In this document: in pieces, positions 17,621 through 28,432 of the stretch
Layout of the letters: each line of letters opens with the position of its first letter
How positions within the stretch are numbered: the first letter of the stretch is position 1
DNA from: a virus
IMG/VR virus record: IMGVR_UViG_3300020180_000016
Location: 1 to 64,000 of that record
Direction: 5' to 3' (one strand)
Length of the DNA stretch: 64,000 nt
Notes under the pieces: model-generated
Database searches by the model: none
What the model was told of the DNA's origin: nothing
Seen by the model: the letters and a program-made list of their open reading frames with translations, nothing else
Program-made: the position numbers and the translations under genes

Positions 17621-18757
17621 ATGAGCGATATCAGCAAGAAGCTAAAGGAAGCCACCGCCTTGTCTATGTCAGATACGATGCAGGTGCAGAGAGAAGATTG
17701 GCTGTCCAGCGGCAGTCGTCTAATCAATCTAGCCTGTTCTGGCCTTTCATACGGAGCATTCTGTAAAGGCAAGTATTTCTGGATTGTTGGAGAATCATCG
17801 TCAGGCAAGACGTTTCTGACACTCGGTGTGTTGGCGGAAGCTGCCCGTAATAAGAGTTTCGATGACTACGATCTCATCTTCGATAATGCCGAAGATGGGG
17901 CTCTGATGGATGTGGACCGGTATTTTGGTCACCAACTGGCTGAACGACTTCAGCCGCCAGCCGTAGACGAAGACGGTGAACCCATCTATTCAAGGTTGAC
18001 AGAAGAGTTCTATTTCAATCTGGACGACAGACTTATCCAGGTCGAGAAAGGGAAAGCCAAGCCATTCATTTACCTGCTGGACAGCATGGACTCTTTGGGT
18101 ACGAAATGCGCCAGAGAGAAGTTCAAAGAGAACAAGACGGCAACTCGTAAAGGTACGAAGCCCAAAGGTGATTACGGTGACGGCAAGGCTAAGATAAACT
18201 CGACGTGGATTCGAGACATCACGTCTAGGATTCGAGACACCAATTCTATTTTGATCGTGCTCTCGCAAGAGCGAGACAAGATGGACGCGACGATGTTCGA
18301 TCCTGAGAAAGCCGTCGTCGCTGGTGGTCGAGCTCTGAAGTTCTACGCGTCTTTTCAACTCTGGTTGTCGGTCGGTAGGACTTTGTACAAGAACGTGAAC
18401 GGCAATAGACGGCAGACCGGCATCATTTGCCGGACGTCGATCCGCAAGAACAGATTGTCCGGAAAACAGTGGAGCGTCGAGGTCCCGATCCATTGGTCCT
18501 ACGGTATCGACGACATTGGGTCGATGGTGGACTTTCTCGTCAAAGAAAAGAAATGGAAGCGGGGTAAATCAGACGAGGGAGACAGCGGACCGATCACAGC
18601 TGAGGATTTTGGCTTCGTCGGTCCTCGAGAAGAGTTGATTGATTTGATCGAGACTGGTGGTAAGCCGATGGAGTTGAGTCTGGTAGACCTCGTGGAAGAG
18701 GTCTGGAAGGATATTGAAGTCCAATGCACATTGGACAGGAAACCTAAGTACGATTAA
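17621..18757 (+). CDS. recA: RecA/UvsX-like recombinase
   Basis: GESSSGKT, LLDS, SQERD, GGRALKFYAS, KNR, YGID. Confidence 0.92.
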   Translation: MSDISKKLKEATALSMSDTMQVQREDWLSSGSRLINLACSGLSYGAFCKGKYFWIVGESSSGKTFLTLGVLAEAARNKSFDDYDLIFDNAEDGALMDVDRYFGHQLAERLQPPAVDEDGEPIYSRLTEEFYFNLDDRLIQVEKGKAKPFIYLLDSMDSLGTKCAREKFKENKTATRKGTKPKGDYGDGKAKINSTWIRDITSRIRDTNSILIVLSQERDKMDATMFDPEKAVVAGGRALKFYASFQLWLSVGRTLYKNVNGNRRQTGIICRTSIRKNRLSGKQWSVEVPIHWSYGIDDIGSMVDFLVKEKKWKRGKSDEGDSGPITAEDFGFVGPREELIDLIETGGKPMELSLVDLVEEVWKDIEVQCTLDRKPKYD

Positions 18758-18769
18758 GGAGATGGCACG

Positions 18770-18961
18770 ATGCTCGTACTGTCCAGGCAGAAAAATGAGT
18801 CAATCATCATCGGCGACAATATCGTCATCGCGGTATTGGACATCCGAGGGGACACGGTTCGGATGGGAATTCAGGCTCCTAAGAACGTGACTGTCCACCG
18901 TCAAGAGGTGTACGAGTTAATCAAGCGAGAGCAGGCTCGGTTAGGAACTCCTCCACCGTGA
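18770..18961 (+). CDS. csrA: Carbon storage regulator (translational regulator)
   Basis: [37 protein letters not shown]. Confidence 0.95.
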   Translation: MLVLSRQKNESIIIGDNIVIAVLDIRGDTVRMGIQAPKNVTVHRQEVYELIKREQARLGTPPP

Positions 18962-19815
18962 CAACCACACTCTTGGTAGACTGTCATTATATGGCTTGGC
19001 GTGCATTCTACACGACAGGAAAGATGAGTCACGAGGGACAGTTTACGGGAGTGGCTTTTGGCATTCTGAGAGACATCGCTGGGTTAGTCCAATTGCATGG
19101 AGCGACCCGGGCGGTGTTGGCATTCGACAGCAAGGTTAGTCGGCGGAAAGAGATTTACTCCGACTACAAAATTCGGCGAAGTAAAGAAAATCAAACCGAA
19201 GAGCAGCTCCGAGATCGAGAGGCATTCTTCCAGCAGATTGGTCGGCTGAAGAATGATTTGCTGGGTCGATGGGGTTATCGCAACATCCTGGAGATTGTCG
19301 GTTACGAGGCTGACGACATCATTGCGGCTATCGCAGCCGATTTACCAACCAAGGATCAGGCGGTAATCATATCTGCTGATAAGGATTTGCTGCAATGCCT
19401 CCGGCCTAATGTCGTGCTTTATAATCCGACACAGAAAAAGGCCACCACTTACGAGTCGTTCCGGACAAAGTGGAAACTCCATCCGATGCAGTGGGCTGAG
19501 GTCAAGGCCATTGCTGGTTGCGGGACAGACGACGTGCCGGGAATTCCAGGGGTGGCTGAAGCGACGGCTGCTCTGTGGGTGCGAGGTTTGCTCAAAGAGA
19601 AGTCGAAGAAGCGGCAAGACATTGAGAACAATCTCGATATGATTAGTCGCAATAGGAAGCTCGTCGACTTGCCGTTTCCTGGATTGGTTCTACCGCCGCT
19701 GCAAGACGATCAGATCACAGATGCCACTAAGGCCGACGTTGAGGCTGAGCTTGGTATCCGAGCAAAGCGAGTATCTGGATCAAGAAAAGACGATGCACGG
19801 AAGGGGTTCTGGTGA
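18958..19815 (+). CDS. 5'-3' exonuclease / flap endonuclease
   Basis: LLVD, AFD, YKx[32 protein letters not shown]. Confidence 0.92.
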   Translation: MTTTLLVDCHYMAWRAFYTTGKMSHEGQFTGVAFGILRDIAGLVQLHGATRAVLAFDSKVSRRKEIYSDYKIRRSKENQTEEQLRDREAFFQQIGRLKNDLLGRWGYRNILEIVGYEADDIIAAIAADLPTKDQAVIISADKDLLQCLRPNVVLYNPTQKKATTYESFRTKWKLHPMQWAEVKAIAGCGTDDVPGIPGVAEATAALWVRGLLKEKSKKRQDIENNLDMISRNRKLVDLPFPGLVLPPLQDDQITDATKADVEAELGIRAKRVSGSRKDDARKGFW

Positions 19816-20913
19816 TGTTTTGGATTCAGACACTCGAGGGGTTTCCGTTTGATCTTGAAAATCCTGAAGCTGGTAAGATCAGTCCTGGGGCAATCTCTAC
19901 TGGATTGTCAAGGCGATACTGGCGGCACCGCGGGAACATGCCGCTGATGCAGCCTGACGTCTCACCCGTGGCCATCAATCAGCTCCGGGATGCGATCTCG
20001 GCGTACTTCCGCCAGAACGAGGGGCGTGGCCACCGTTGCACGGTCGACGCCTACTTGAGGGTGAATCGGTATCACTACTTCTTCGCTTACCCGGACGACT
20101 ACGCGGACACGTACCTGGGACATGATGAACAAGGTCAGTTCATCCGTCGCCCCCAGCGTCCGGCGTTCGAGATTATCTTTCTGTTCGACCCTGTAGACGG
20201 AACGCTGGATATCTACGCCCACGGCGGAAAGGTCGTGCAGGAGTCGCTCCAGACGATCTTCTGTCGCACTCTGCTCGGCCAGGAATTGCCTCCGGAGTCT
20301 CCGCTGGGCCATCCGTATGAACTCAACGGCCTCAAGTCTCGCAACTTCCTGACGACCGCCCGGCAGACCGATCCCGAAGACGGCATCGAAGAGATTCAGA
20401 TCCGCAAGCTCAGGCTCTCAGTCCTGGGTGGGGCCAAGCGCCGGATCACCCTCGAGGCCGATCCCGATGGCGGCCCCAGATCGATCTACAACATGCTGGA
20501 TGAATGCCTCAACCGCCACAATCTGCCGGACGCGATGTTCAACATCACGCTGGCCCAGTTCCACTTCCGCTTCGTCCACACCGGGCAGGGCCGCCAGCGG
20601 ACGCTGACATTCGAGGTGTCCCACCCCAACAGCAGCAACCTCAAAAGCTGCCGTCACGAAGATCTACGGATGATCGGAGACAAGTACATGCGCCGCTGGG
20701 AAATCGACCGTGCTTGATATTCCCCCAATTCATCCTGGACCGCAAGCGGTCGAACGCGCCCGTCTTCACTTCAGAAGAGGTTGCTCGGTGGCCCCATGGG
20801 TTGGTGGACCGACTCGTCGCTGATGGGCGGGCTCCGTGGTCGATGTCCTCACGCTGTGCCGATATCTAGGGCATTGCTTGTCGTTCTATTCTGTTCTGGC
20901 GGCGGTTAGCTGA
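19812..20913 (+). pseudogene. YfbR-like HD phosphohydrolase gene, interrupted by foreign DNA and truncated
   Basis: WIQTLEGFPFDLENP..ISTGLSR (to 19913) resumes as LCRYLGHCLSFYSV at 20854, then stops before the HD motif. Confidence 0.75.
19915..20853 (+). other. About 0.94-kb foreign insert: 3' part of one gene fused in frame to the HD N-terminus (stop 20717) plus a 5' fragment of the next gene
   Basis: Shift to C/G-ending codons; GC dinucleotide shared at both junctions; no transposase or terminal repeats. Confidence 0.7.
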
Positions 20914-20934
20914 TTTGATCTCAGAGAGGAATAC

Positions 20935-21408
20935 ATGACAGAGGGTGTTACTATTCTTGCGGTAGATCCTGGAACTAAGACTGGGTGGGCCCATTCGTGC
21001 GGCACCTCTGGTACCTGGGATCTAAAGGTCAAAAAAGATGAATCTTCAGGGATGCGACTTATCCGTCTGCGTGGTAAGTTGACAGAGATGAAGGCGAATG
21101 TAGGTGTGACGATTCTGGCCTACGAAGCTAATCGCTATTCCGGACAAGGTAAGAGAGGAAGTGCCCAAGTCGTACAATCGGAGTTCCAAGCTCTGATTAA
21201 AGTATGGTGCCTAGACAACGCTGTGGAGTTCTCCGGCTTGTCGTCTTCCGAGATCAAGAGCTTTGCGACCGGCAGAGGTAACGCCAGCAAGCAAGAGATG
21301 ATCGATGCTGCAATCAAGAAATGGCGACGACCGTTCGACGAGAAAGACAACAATGAAGTCGATGCTCTGTGGTTGCTTGAGTTCGCAAAAGAAAGATTCT
21401 TAGTGTGA
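20935..21408 (+). CDS. RuvC-like Holliday junction resolvase
   Basis: ILAVDPG, AYE, IKSFATGRGNASKQEM, DNNEVDA. Confidence 0.85.
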   Translation: MTEGVTILAVDPGTKTGWAHSCGTSGTWDLKVKKDESSGMRLIRLRGKLTEMKANVGVTILAYEANRYSGQGKRGSAQVVQSEFQALIKVWCLDNAVEFSGLSSSEIKSFATGRGNASKQEMIDAAIKKWRRPFDEKDNNEVDALWLLEFAKERFLV

Positions 21409-22415
21409 TCGACCATCTTTTAATCCAGAATTTCCAGAAGTTTAGTAGGCTGAGGGTCGATTTCGACCCTCAAATCACGGTGTTGGTTGGCCCTTCAGAT
21501 ACCGGTAAATCCACCACACTGCGAGCTCTGCGATGGGTTGGATTGAATGCGGCCGGAGACTCGTTCATCAAGCACGGTGAGCGAGGCACCACCGTGCAGG
21601 TGTTTGCCGAAGGTCGAAAGATTACTCGCCGTCGTGGAGATAACGTCAACACGTATCTCTTAGACGATGCAGAGTTCAAGGCTTTTGGGGTCAGAGTCCC
21701 AGATCCCATCCAGTCGGTGCTCAATCTGAGCCCACTCAATTTCCAAGATCAACACGATGCAGCCTACTGGTTTTCGTCGACCGCTGGTGAAGTGTCGCGG
21801 CAGTTGAACGCGATTGTTGACTTGAGTGTGATTGATGAATCACTTTCGGCAATCAGTAAACGAATTCGGTCCAGTCAACTTGCCGTTGAGATAAATCGAA
21901 CGACACTGAGCGAGGCCAAATCACAACGAGATTCTTTGGCTTGGGTCCTCACCGCCGATATCGAGCTCCAGCACCTGGAAGCTCTCAACCAAAAGAAGGT
22001 GCTTAAAACCACCTACACGGTGCGGTTGGCTGACCTAATACTACGTACCAGGTCACGGCAGCAGCACCAGCAAACGGTAAGGCAAGCCATTTCTTCCGGC
22101 GTTGCCGTTGTTGAGCTGGGGGCTGCCGTGCAAAGGCAAAAGATGAAGGTTGATCGGCTGTTGGTCTTGACCTCAAGAATCAGAAAGTCGGAGAAGATTC
22201 GCCAAAGGCCGATCCCTGATATCACCAGGTTGGAAGATCTCAAGAAACAAATCCAATCAAAATCAACAGGTCGTCTGATTCGTTGGATTCAGACCTTTAA
22301 GAAATCAAAAGCCACACACGATGCGTTGGTGCGAAGATATGAAGGTTTGAAGGAGAAGAAAGAGGCGGTGACTGGAGTTATTTGCCCAACCTGTCGGAGA
22401 CCTATAGATGTCTGA
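21405..22415 (+). CDS. SbcC/Rad50-like ATPase, N-terminal half
   Basis: IQNFQ, Walker A GPSDTGKST, Q-loop, coiled coil, terminal Zn hook CPTC. Confidence 0.85.
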   Translation: MIDHLLIQNFQKFSRLRVDFDPQITVLVGPSDTGKSTTLRALRWVGLNAAGDSFIKHGERGTTVQVFAEGRKITRRRGDNVNTYLLDDAEFKAFGVRVPDPIQSVLNLSPLNFQDQHDAAYWFSSTAGEVSRQLNAIVDLSVIDESLSAISKRIRSSQLAVEINRTTLSEAKSQRDSLAWVLTADIELQHLEALNQKKVLKTTYTVRLADLILRTRSRQQHQQTVRQAISSGVAVVELGAAVQRQKMKVDRLLVLTSRIRKSEKIRQRPIPDITRLEDLKKQIQSKSTGRLIRWIQTFKKSKATHDALVRRYEGLKEKKEAVTGVICPTCRRPIDV

Positions 22416-23376
22416 ATTGCTTGCGGTGCTGTGCTCCGATCTTCATTTCTCATTAAATCCGCCGTCAGCCAGATCAGTTGAGACTGACTGGTACGGTGTG
22501 ATGGAGCGGCAGTTTCGTCAGATCATTGATTTGCAACAGAACGACAACGACCCGGTGCCTTTGATTGTGGCCGGGGATATCTTTGATAGATGGAATCCGC
22601 CACCAGAGCTCATCAACTTCGTGATGCGGTTGTTTGACGAGGTGTGTGTCGATCCTCAAGATTATGGGACTGGAGTCTACTCGATTCCTGGGCAGCATGA
22701 TCTGCCTAATCATCAACTTAGCCAGATTCATAGATCGGCATATGGAAGTCTGGTGCAGGCCAAAATGGTCACCGACCTGCATACACCTATTGAGATTCAT
22801 GCAAATCAAGTGAATCTGATTCTGCATCCGTTTCCGTGGGGAGTTCCGATTACACCTCGAGTGAGGGTGGAAGCTAGATATCCTACCATTCATCTCGCAG
22901 TGGTTCACAGTTTCATTTGGGTGCCTGGTTGCGGTTATGAAGGCGCTCCGGTTGGAAAACTATCCTCATCTTACGCAGAATCGTTGGCCGGCTATGACGC
23001 AGCCGTGTTCGGAGACAACCACCAAGGATTCAGTCGTGACGAGATGTGTGGGGATGCAATCTGCCGTGTCGTCAACTGCGGGACGTTTCTTCGCCGACGG
23101 ATTGATGAAGTCAAATATCAGCCTCGGGTAGGTTTGCTCTATGATGATGGAACCATCAAAGAGCATTACCTAGATGTCGCACAAGATAAATTCCTGGAAG
23201 AGCCGTTAGCTCGGATTCACGAGAGGTTAGAAATCGACGCAACCAAGCTCTTGGACGGTTTTCGTTCGTTGGGCTCTGATTCGTTAGATTTCAGACAGGC
23301 TCTTCAGATTTGTTTTGAATTACAGAGCACAGACAAAGCCGTTCGTGATATTGTGATGGATTGTATGAAATCGTGA
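22408..23376 (+). CDS. SbcD/Mre11-like metallophosphoesterase nuclease
   Basis: SDLH, AGDIFD, GQHD, FGDNH. Confidence 0.88.
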   Translation: MSELLAVLCSDLHFSLNPPSARSVETDWYGVMERQFRQIIDLQQNDNDPVPLIVAGDIFDRWNPPPELINFVMRLFDEVCVDPQDYGTGVYSIPGQHDLPNHQLSQIHRSAYGSLVQAKMVTDLHTPIEIHANQVNLILHPFPWGVPITPRVRVEARYPTIHLAVVHSFIWVPGCGYEGAPVGKLSSSYAESLAGYDAAVFGDNHQGFSRDEMCGDAICRVVNCGTFLRRRIDEVKYQPRVGLLYDDGTIKEHYLDVAQDKFLEEPLARIHERLEIDATKLLDGFRSLGSDSLDFRQALQICFELQSTDKAVRDIVMDCMKS

Positions 23377-23612
23377 CATACTCAGAACCACCTTACATTC
23401 CGACACCAGACGAAGTCCGTGACCGGCTCGAGGCTTTGAACTGGATGCGAGAGATGTCTTGGCACGTCGAGGTGGTTGACACAATTTTCTATCACGATAC
23501 ACCAGAACTACCCACCGTCCGGTTGATGGTGTGGAAATACGGTCCGGTAGAAGCTTATCTTCGGATAGTAGCGATTCTAGATTTGGAGCATGTCTTAGAT
23601 GAATCTCGATGA
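23364..23612 (+). CDS. Hypothetical protein
   Basis: Overlaps both neighbours in the operon. Confidence 0.4.
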   Translation, partial: YEIVTYSEPPYIPTPDEVRDRLEALNWMREMSWHVEVVDTIFYHDTPELPTVRLMVWKYGPVEAYLRIVAILDLEHVLDESR

Positions 23613-23844
23613 GTATGAACGGATCAAGCGAGAAGTTGACGTCGCCAAATCAGATGCTGAGCGTGAGGCTGGTGTAATCCAAGAACAGCTTCGTAGTCTG
23701 AAGCAGGAGTTTGGCGAGGATTCTCTTGATGCCGCTGAGATCTTGCTCGAGAAAGAGACTCAGGTTCTGGCCCAGTTAGAATCCGATTACACCGCTGAGA
23801 TGGTGAAGTTTCGTGAGGTGTGGAAGGATTTGAAATGCTGTTGA
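23599..23844 (+). CDS. Short coiled-coil protein, likely a piece of the split Rad50 arm
   Basis: Heptad-rich; lies between the SbcC halves. Confidence 0.55.
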   Translation: MNLDEYERIKREVDVAKSDAEREAGVIQEQLRSLKQEFGEDSLDAAEILLEKETQVLAQLESDYTAEMVKFREVWKDLKCC

Positions 23845-23928
23845 AAGACATAGCCGATCACAATATCCGATCAGTCGCTCTGAAACTATCTTAGATGATA
23901 GGTTTCATGTACACCTTAGGGGTTTTGT

Positions 23929-24510
23929 GTGATCCAAGATTTACGGCGGCAGTTGAATCTATTGTTGGATCGACACAGGTCTCTCGAGATGGTAGTGCAG
24001 AGAGAATCTCAAGGACTGATTCAATCGGTTGAGCTTCTCTCTAACTGCGAAGAGGCTGGTAAGATTCTCCAGGCCGTCGCCGTCAAGGTTCAGCAGGACG
24101 CCCATCAAGGGATTGCGGCTGTGGTGAGTCGGTGCCTCGAGACAATCTTTGACGAGCCGTATCGATTCGAATTGCAGTTTGAGCAGAAGCGAGGTAAGAC
24201 CGAAGCTCAGTTGACTCTGTTGCGAGGCGATCTGACATTTGTCGATCCGTTGCATGAGGTGGGTGGTGGGGTGATCGACGTCGCCGCCTTTGCTCTGCGT
24301 CTTGCATGTCTGGTATTAGAACGTCCGCCAAAGAGGCGAGTGCTGATTCTTGACGAACCTTTCGGAAATCTTCGCGGCCAGCACCATCGACGAAAGATGC
24401 GAGCTCTGGTACAGGCTCTGGCTGAGGATTTCCAAGTCCAGTTTATCATCAACATCGACCACGATCAGTTTCCCGAGTTCTTGGATTGCAAGGTTATTGA
24501 ATTTAGTTAG
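23929..24510 (+). CDS. SbcC/Rad50-like ATPase, C-terminal half
   Basis: Signature-like VGGGV..FALRLA, Walker B/D-loop LILDEPFGNL, H-switch. Confidence 0.85.
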   Translation: MIQDLRRQLNLLLDRHRSLEMVVQRESQGLIQSVELLSNCEEAGKILQAVAVKVQQDAHQGIAAVVSRCLETIFDEPYRFELQFEQKRGKTEAQLTLLRGDLTFVDPLHEVGGGVIDVAAFALRLACLVLERPPKRRVLILDEPFGNLRGQHHRRKMRALVQALAEDFQVQFIINIDHDQFPEFLDCKVIEFS

Positions 24511-24519
24511 GTGAGAAGA

Positions 24520-25536
24520 ATGCCGTCGAATGACTCAGTCGCGAATGATTTGCGGTGGAAGAAGTTTCCGTTGCTCAGTGACGGATTTGTGTGCCTAGTC
24601 GATGTGATGGGAGATGATTACTCGGTTGTGCAGGCCGCCCGAGTAAGCTACGGTAAGGATACCAGGTTTAATCAGGTCTGCTCTGGTGGTGGTGAGCCTT
24701 ATTTGGATCAGAGCGAGAAATCGAAGAAAGAGGATCTCAATCTTCTTCGGTACCTGATGCGGCATCGACACACCACTCCGTTCGAGATGGCCGAGGTGAA
24801 GTTGCTCATCCGGGTTCCGATGGATTTGTGGCGGCAATGGATTCGGCACAGGACGGCGAATGTGAATGAGTACAGCACCCGCTATGCGCCGGCGATTGAC
24901 TCGATGGATGTTACACCACCTGATGCCTGGCGGTCTCAGAGCGGTGCAAATAAACAAGGTTCTTCGGGTTTTGTGACTGAGTGGCCGAAGGCATTGAAAC
25001 CTGATGGTGAAGGGTTGATTTCTGCTGGTGACTATCTTTCGACGGAAGAGAGGAATTTCCACGATCAGGCCAGGAGACTTTATGAGAAGAGGTTGGCCTT
25101 AGGCGTCGCCAAGGAGCAGGCCCGGAAAGATCTCCCTCTAAGCAATTATACTGAGGCTTACTGGAAGTGCGATTTGCATAATGTGCTCCATTTCCTCGGG
25201 CTGCGGATGGACAGCCATGCTCAGAAGGAGATCCGAGACTATGCGACGACCGTCGGCGAGCAGATCATCAAGCCGTTGTTCCCGGCGGTCTGGGAAGCCT
25301 TCGTCGACTACCGAATGAAATCCATGCAATTGACACGGCTGGACATCGAGATTATTCAAGAGATTCGATCGCTTGAAGGATTCCTTTTGGTCGGTGAGCA
25401 TGAGGCTGCCGACAAAGAGAAGAGATTTCTTGCAGCCTGCACGAACCTCGGCTTCTGGCCAGAAGACAAAAGCAGAGAGCGAGACGAGTGCCGAGCCAAA
25501 TTGGAACGGCTCAGTCTGCTCCCTACCAAGATATGA
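24520..25536 (+). CDS. thyX: Flavin-dependent thymidylate synthase
   Basis: AARVSY, HTTPFE, RQWIRHR..NEYSTRY, EQARKDLP, LRMDSHAQKEIR. Confidence 0.96.
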   Translation: MPSNDSVANDLRWKKFPLLSDGFVCLVDVMGDDYSVVQAARVSYGKDTRFNQVCSGGGEPYLDQSEKSKKEDLNLLRYLMRHRHTTPFEMAEVKLLIRVPMDLWRQWIRHRTANVNEYSTRYAPAIDSMDVTPPDAWRSQSGANKQGSSGFVTEWPKALKPDGEGLISAGDYLSTEERNFHDQARRLYEKRLALGVAKEQARKDLPLSNYTEAYWKCDLHNVLHFLGLRMDSHAQKEIRDYATTVGEQIIKPLFPAVWEAFVDYRMKSMQLTRLDIEIIQEIRSLEGFLLVGEHEAADKEKRFLAACTNLGFWPEDKSRERDECRAKLERLSLLPTKI

Positions 25537-25539
25537 AAG

Positions 25540-25767
25540 ATGGCGATGCGAGGAAAACCGACTCGGCATGTTCCGGGAACAGAGGGTAAAGTCCTAGCCC
25601 TCATCAAAAGGTATGAGGATGGCTTTGATATGTTTCATCCACAAGATGCGACGTATGACGGTCGAGTGCTGGCTACTGATGACGGTAAGAAGGTGGCCGA
25701 TAATCGCGGTCGACGACCCAAGAAGATGAAACCTTTGCAAGAAGATTCTACCGACGTCGTAGAATAG
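25540..25767 (+). CDS. Hypothetical protein
   Basis: PT..PGTEGKV..L..RYE.G..FHP.DA; operon packing. Confidence 0.55.
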   Translation: MAMRGKPTRHVPGTEGKVLALIKRYEDGFDMFHPQDATYDGRVLATDDGKKVADNRGRRPKKMKPLQEDSTDVVE

Positions 25768-25785
25768 TGTGAAAGGAGATCTTTT

Positions 25786-26037
25786 ATGCCTAGCACACTC
25801 ACGATGCCGGACATGGTGGAAGTACCCGTCACGTCTCCGCAGATGAAGAAGAAGTTCCGATACGACCATTGTTGTCCGTCGTGCGGCGAGTCGATTTCGT
25901 TTCAATCATTTTTGGCACTCTTCGCTGGTGAGCCTGTTCAGAAATTCACGGCGAGGAAGAGATCAAGATGTCCGCTGTGTGGTGATTTTGTTGAGGTCGA
26001 GCTCTGTCTGGAGTTCTCAATCCGAGAGGTGAGGTAG
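25786..26037 (+). CDS. Zinc-ribbon protein
   Basis: CPSC..CPLC; SD AAGGAG. Confidence 0.65.
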   Translation: MPSTLTMPDMVEVPVTSPQMKKKFRYDHCCPSCGESISFQSFLALFAGEPVQKFTARKRSRCPLCGDFVEVELCLEFSIREVR

Positions 26038-26613
26038 ATGAGGAAGATCTTTTGTGTGCCGACTCGATGGGTCGGCGGCTACGTGAATATGGACACGTTG
26101 AATTTTGCACCCGATCGGATTAACTCTGTGAGGCGGCTGCTCGAGCAGGGCGAGATGCGGCCGATGGGTGAGCATAAAGAATTGGAAGACGACGAGAACT
26201 GGAAGCAGATCATCCCGTACATCGTCTTCCGGTGCGGGCCGTTCTTCTTGCAATACAATCGCGGATCAACGGCCGGTGAGCAGCGGTTGAAGGAGTTCAC
26301 TTCGATTGGAATCGGTGGGCATATGGAAAGCCCACATCTGATTACCAATATGCTCCGAGAGGTCGAGGAAGAGGTCTCGATCAGCGGTCTCTGGAGCCCT
26401 ACGTTCCGCTATTGTGGGCTGGTGTATGATCCGACGACACCGGTTGGCCGAGTCCATCTGGGTTTGGTGTTCGTTGTCGAGGCTCCTCATCCGGACAGGT
26501 TTCGATTCGAGGCTCGAAAAGAGACGAACAAGCTGCGATTCAATCTGCTAGGCGAGATTGAGAAATACGAGCAATGGTCGCAGGCGATCATCAACAACCT
26601 CAAGGGTCTCTGA
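26038..26613 (+). CDS. NUDIX/MutT-like phosphoesterase
   Basis: KQIIPY, SIGIGGH, REVEEE, VGRVHLG. Confidence 0.8.
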   Translation: MRKIFCVPTRWVGGYVNMDTLNFAPDRINSVRRLLEQGEMRPMGEHKELEDDENWKQIIPYIVFRCGPFFLQYNRGSTAGEQRLKEFTSIGIGGHMESPHLITNMLREVEEEVSISGLWSPTFRYCGLVYDPTTPVGRVHLGLVFVVEAPHPDRFRFEARKETNKLRFNLLGEIEKYEQWSQAIINNLKGL

Positions 26614-26913
26614 TGATGCAGATTGACCGTGAGGTATATCTGCTTGGTGTCAAAATAGGCGGCTCGGCACGTTGGCGGTATGATAGACGTGTCCGAAATC
26701 GTAATAGGCTGCACAGAACCAAACCCATCAAGACAAGATGGAGCCTAGGATGAAATTCCCTCTTGAGATGTATCCGATTGTTCTGATGCTGCTGCAACCA
26801 GTGGTCACTCGGTACACTCACATTCCGCCGTGGAGCGAACTGTGCCACCCACTCTTAAGACGATTGATGGGCAAGAAGTGGTTCGACGTAAAATTCTTCA
26901 CGGTGAATAGATT

Positions 26914-27783
26914 ATGCCTAGTGGTGACGATCTCCAAGAAAGTCGTAATGGCGGACTTCGTAGGAATCAGGTCAGAGCCCGCCTACGAAAACGGCTTACA
27001 CGAGTCGAGGAATTGATGCTGAGAGGCGTCACGTCTCCTAAGCAAATCGCTCTGGCTTTTGGCGTCTTGCCAAGACGAGCCAGTATCTGGATGAAAAAGA
27101 TTCGTGATTCTTGGCAGACCCGAGACAAAGAACGTACCCAAGAAGATCGACGAACAATCCGTATCAAGCAACTGGAAAATATCGCGATTCTGGCTCTCAG
27201 TGAATTTGCCCAGTCCAAGAAAAATTCAAAAGAGAAGGCAGTAGTGAGTCAGACGTGCCGGCAATGCCACGGCGACAAGATTGTCATGGACAAGAATGAA
27301 ATCTGTCAAACTTGTGAAGGACTGAAAATCGACGAGACATTTCCAGGCCAATACTCGATGTGTATGGACTGTAATGGCACAGGATTCGGAACTAAAAGAT
27401 GTCGAGAATGTAGAGGCACGGGAGAGACAAAGATCAATACGTTAAAGGTGAAGCAGGAGTGCGGTGACCCGGCATATCTCACTATTGCGAAAGCCGCCTT
27501 TCTTGAATGTGCCCGACTTGAAGGCCTGACCTTCGACAGTAGAATAACCCTTGGAAAACAGCTTATTGAAGCGTCTGCTGGTGTAGACGGTGTGATTTCG
27601 CAGAAGATTGAAGAGATATACTTTGATGCACCCGTCGATGTAATCATTCAAGCTATGGCGGCGATGGATGAGTTGAGACGGAAAGGTACGAGAATTGACC
27701 CACCACCAAATACTGACCAGACGGCCAGGGGCGAACCCGGTACTGGGTTGACCATAGAGATTGACCCGACTAAGAATGAATAG
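26914..27783 (+). CDS. Putative terminase small subunit (HTH) with inserted DnaJ-type zinc fingers
   Basis: HTH (SPKQIALAFGV), four CxxCxG motifs, GDPAYL..ARLEGL. Confidence 0.55.
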   Translation: MPSGDDLQESRNGGLRRNQVRARLRKRLTRVEELMLRGVTSPKQIALAFGVLPRRASIWMKKIRDSWQTRDKERTQEDRRTIRIKQLENIAILALSEFAQSKKNSKEKAVVSQTCRQCHGDKIVMDKNEICQTCEGLKIDETFPGQYSMCMDCNGTGFGTKRCRECRGTGETKINTLKVKQECGDPAYLTIAKAAFLECARLEGLTFDSRITLGKQLIEASAGVDGVISQKIEEIYFDAPVDVIIQAMAAMDELRRKGTRIDPPPNTDQTARGEPGTGLTIEIDPTKNE

Positions 27784-27966
27784 GTGGGTTCGTATAGTTT
27801 CACAGCCGTTGTAGTAGGTTTGCCGGCTAAATGCCGGCATTTCCATAGAGATTAATCTGCGAAAACGGTAAGAATGTGGTCGAATAGTACCAAAACACCA
27901 AAAGCGCCCTAGGACCAAATGTGCTTTTGGTGGTGAATTTAGGCTTTTACCAGAATGAGGCCAAGC

Positions 27967-28410
27967 ATGATTAATAAGCCATTTGAATTGCGAGTCGAAG
28001 CGAACGGCAATGGAGACTACGGACTCGCCCTGTTCCGCGTCCCGGCCCGAGGGGAAACCGCCAACGGGGAACACTCGGAATTGCAACTGGTAATCCGCGT
28101 TCATGGGACTCCCATGCGGGCGGTGATGGACCAGGTTCTCGGAACCATCAAGCAGGCCGGTTATCGGTCGTCTGATCTTGCCCGCAACCGAAAGGCTCCG
28201 TTTCAGCTCCCCGAAGAACCAGGCGTTCGACTGGGCCTTTTGCTCATGGCGGTCAAGCCGTTGCGTAAATCGTCGCGGATGACAGACATCTCTGAGCAGG
28301 TTCAGTCGATGGCCGACGAGGAAGCGTACTATTGGTTCAGCAAGATGACAGATCACCGCGTCGGGCAGCGGTCGCAGAAAGCCATGCGGATTCTGCTGGC
28401 CTGCGAATAA
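27967..28410 (+). CDS. Small conserved protein of DUF499/DUF1156-type defence loci (apparently intact)
   Basis: EEPGVRLGLLLMAVKPLRK..MADEEAYYWFSK motif recalled from such loci; DUF1156 fragment nearby. Confidence 0.55.
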   Translation: MINKPFELRVEANGNGDYGLALFRVPARGETANGEHSELQLVIRVHGTPMRAVMDQVLGTIKQAGYRSSDLARNRKAPFQLPEEPGVRLGLLLMAVKPLRKSSRMTDISEQVQSMADEEAYYWFSKMTDHRVGQRSQKAMRILLACE

Positions 28411-28432
28411 GGCCAGCGAAAGGAGAATCCCG

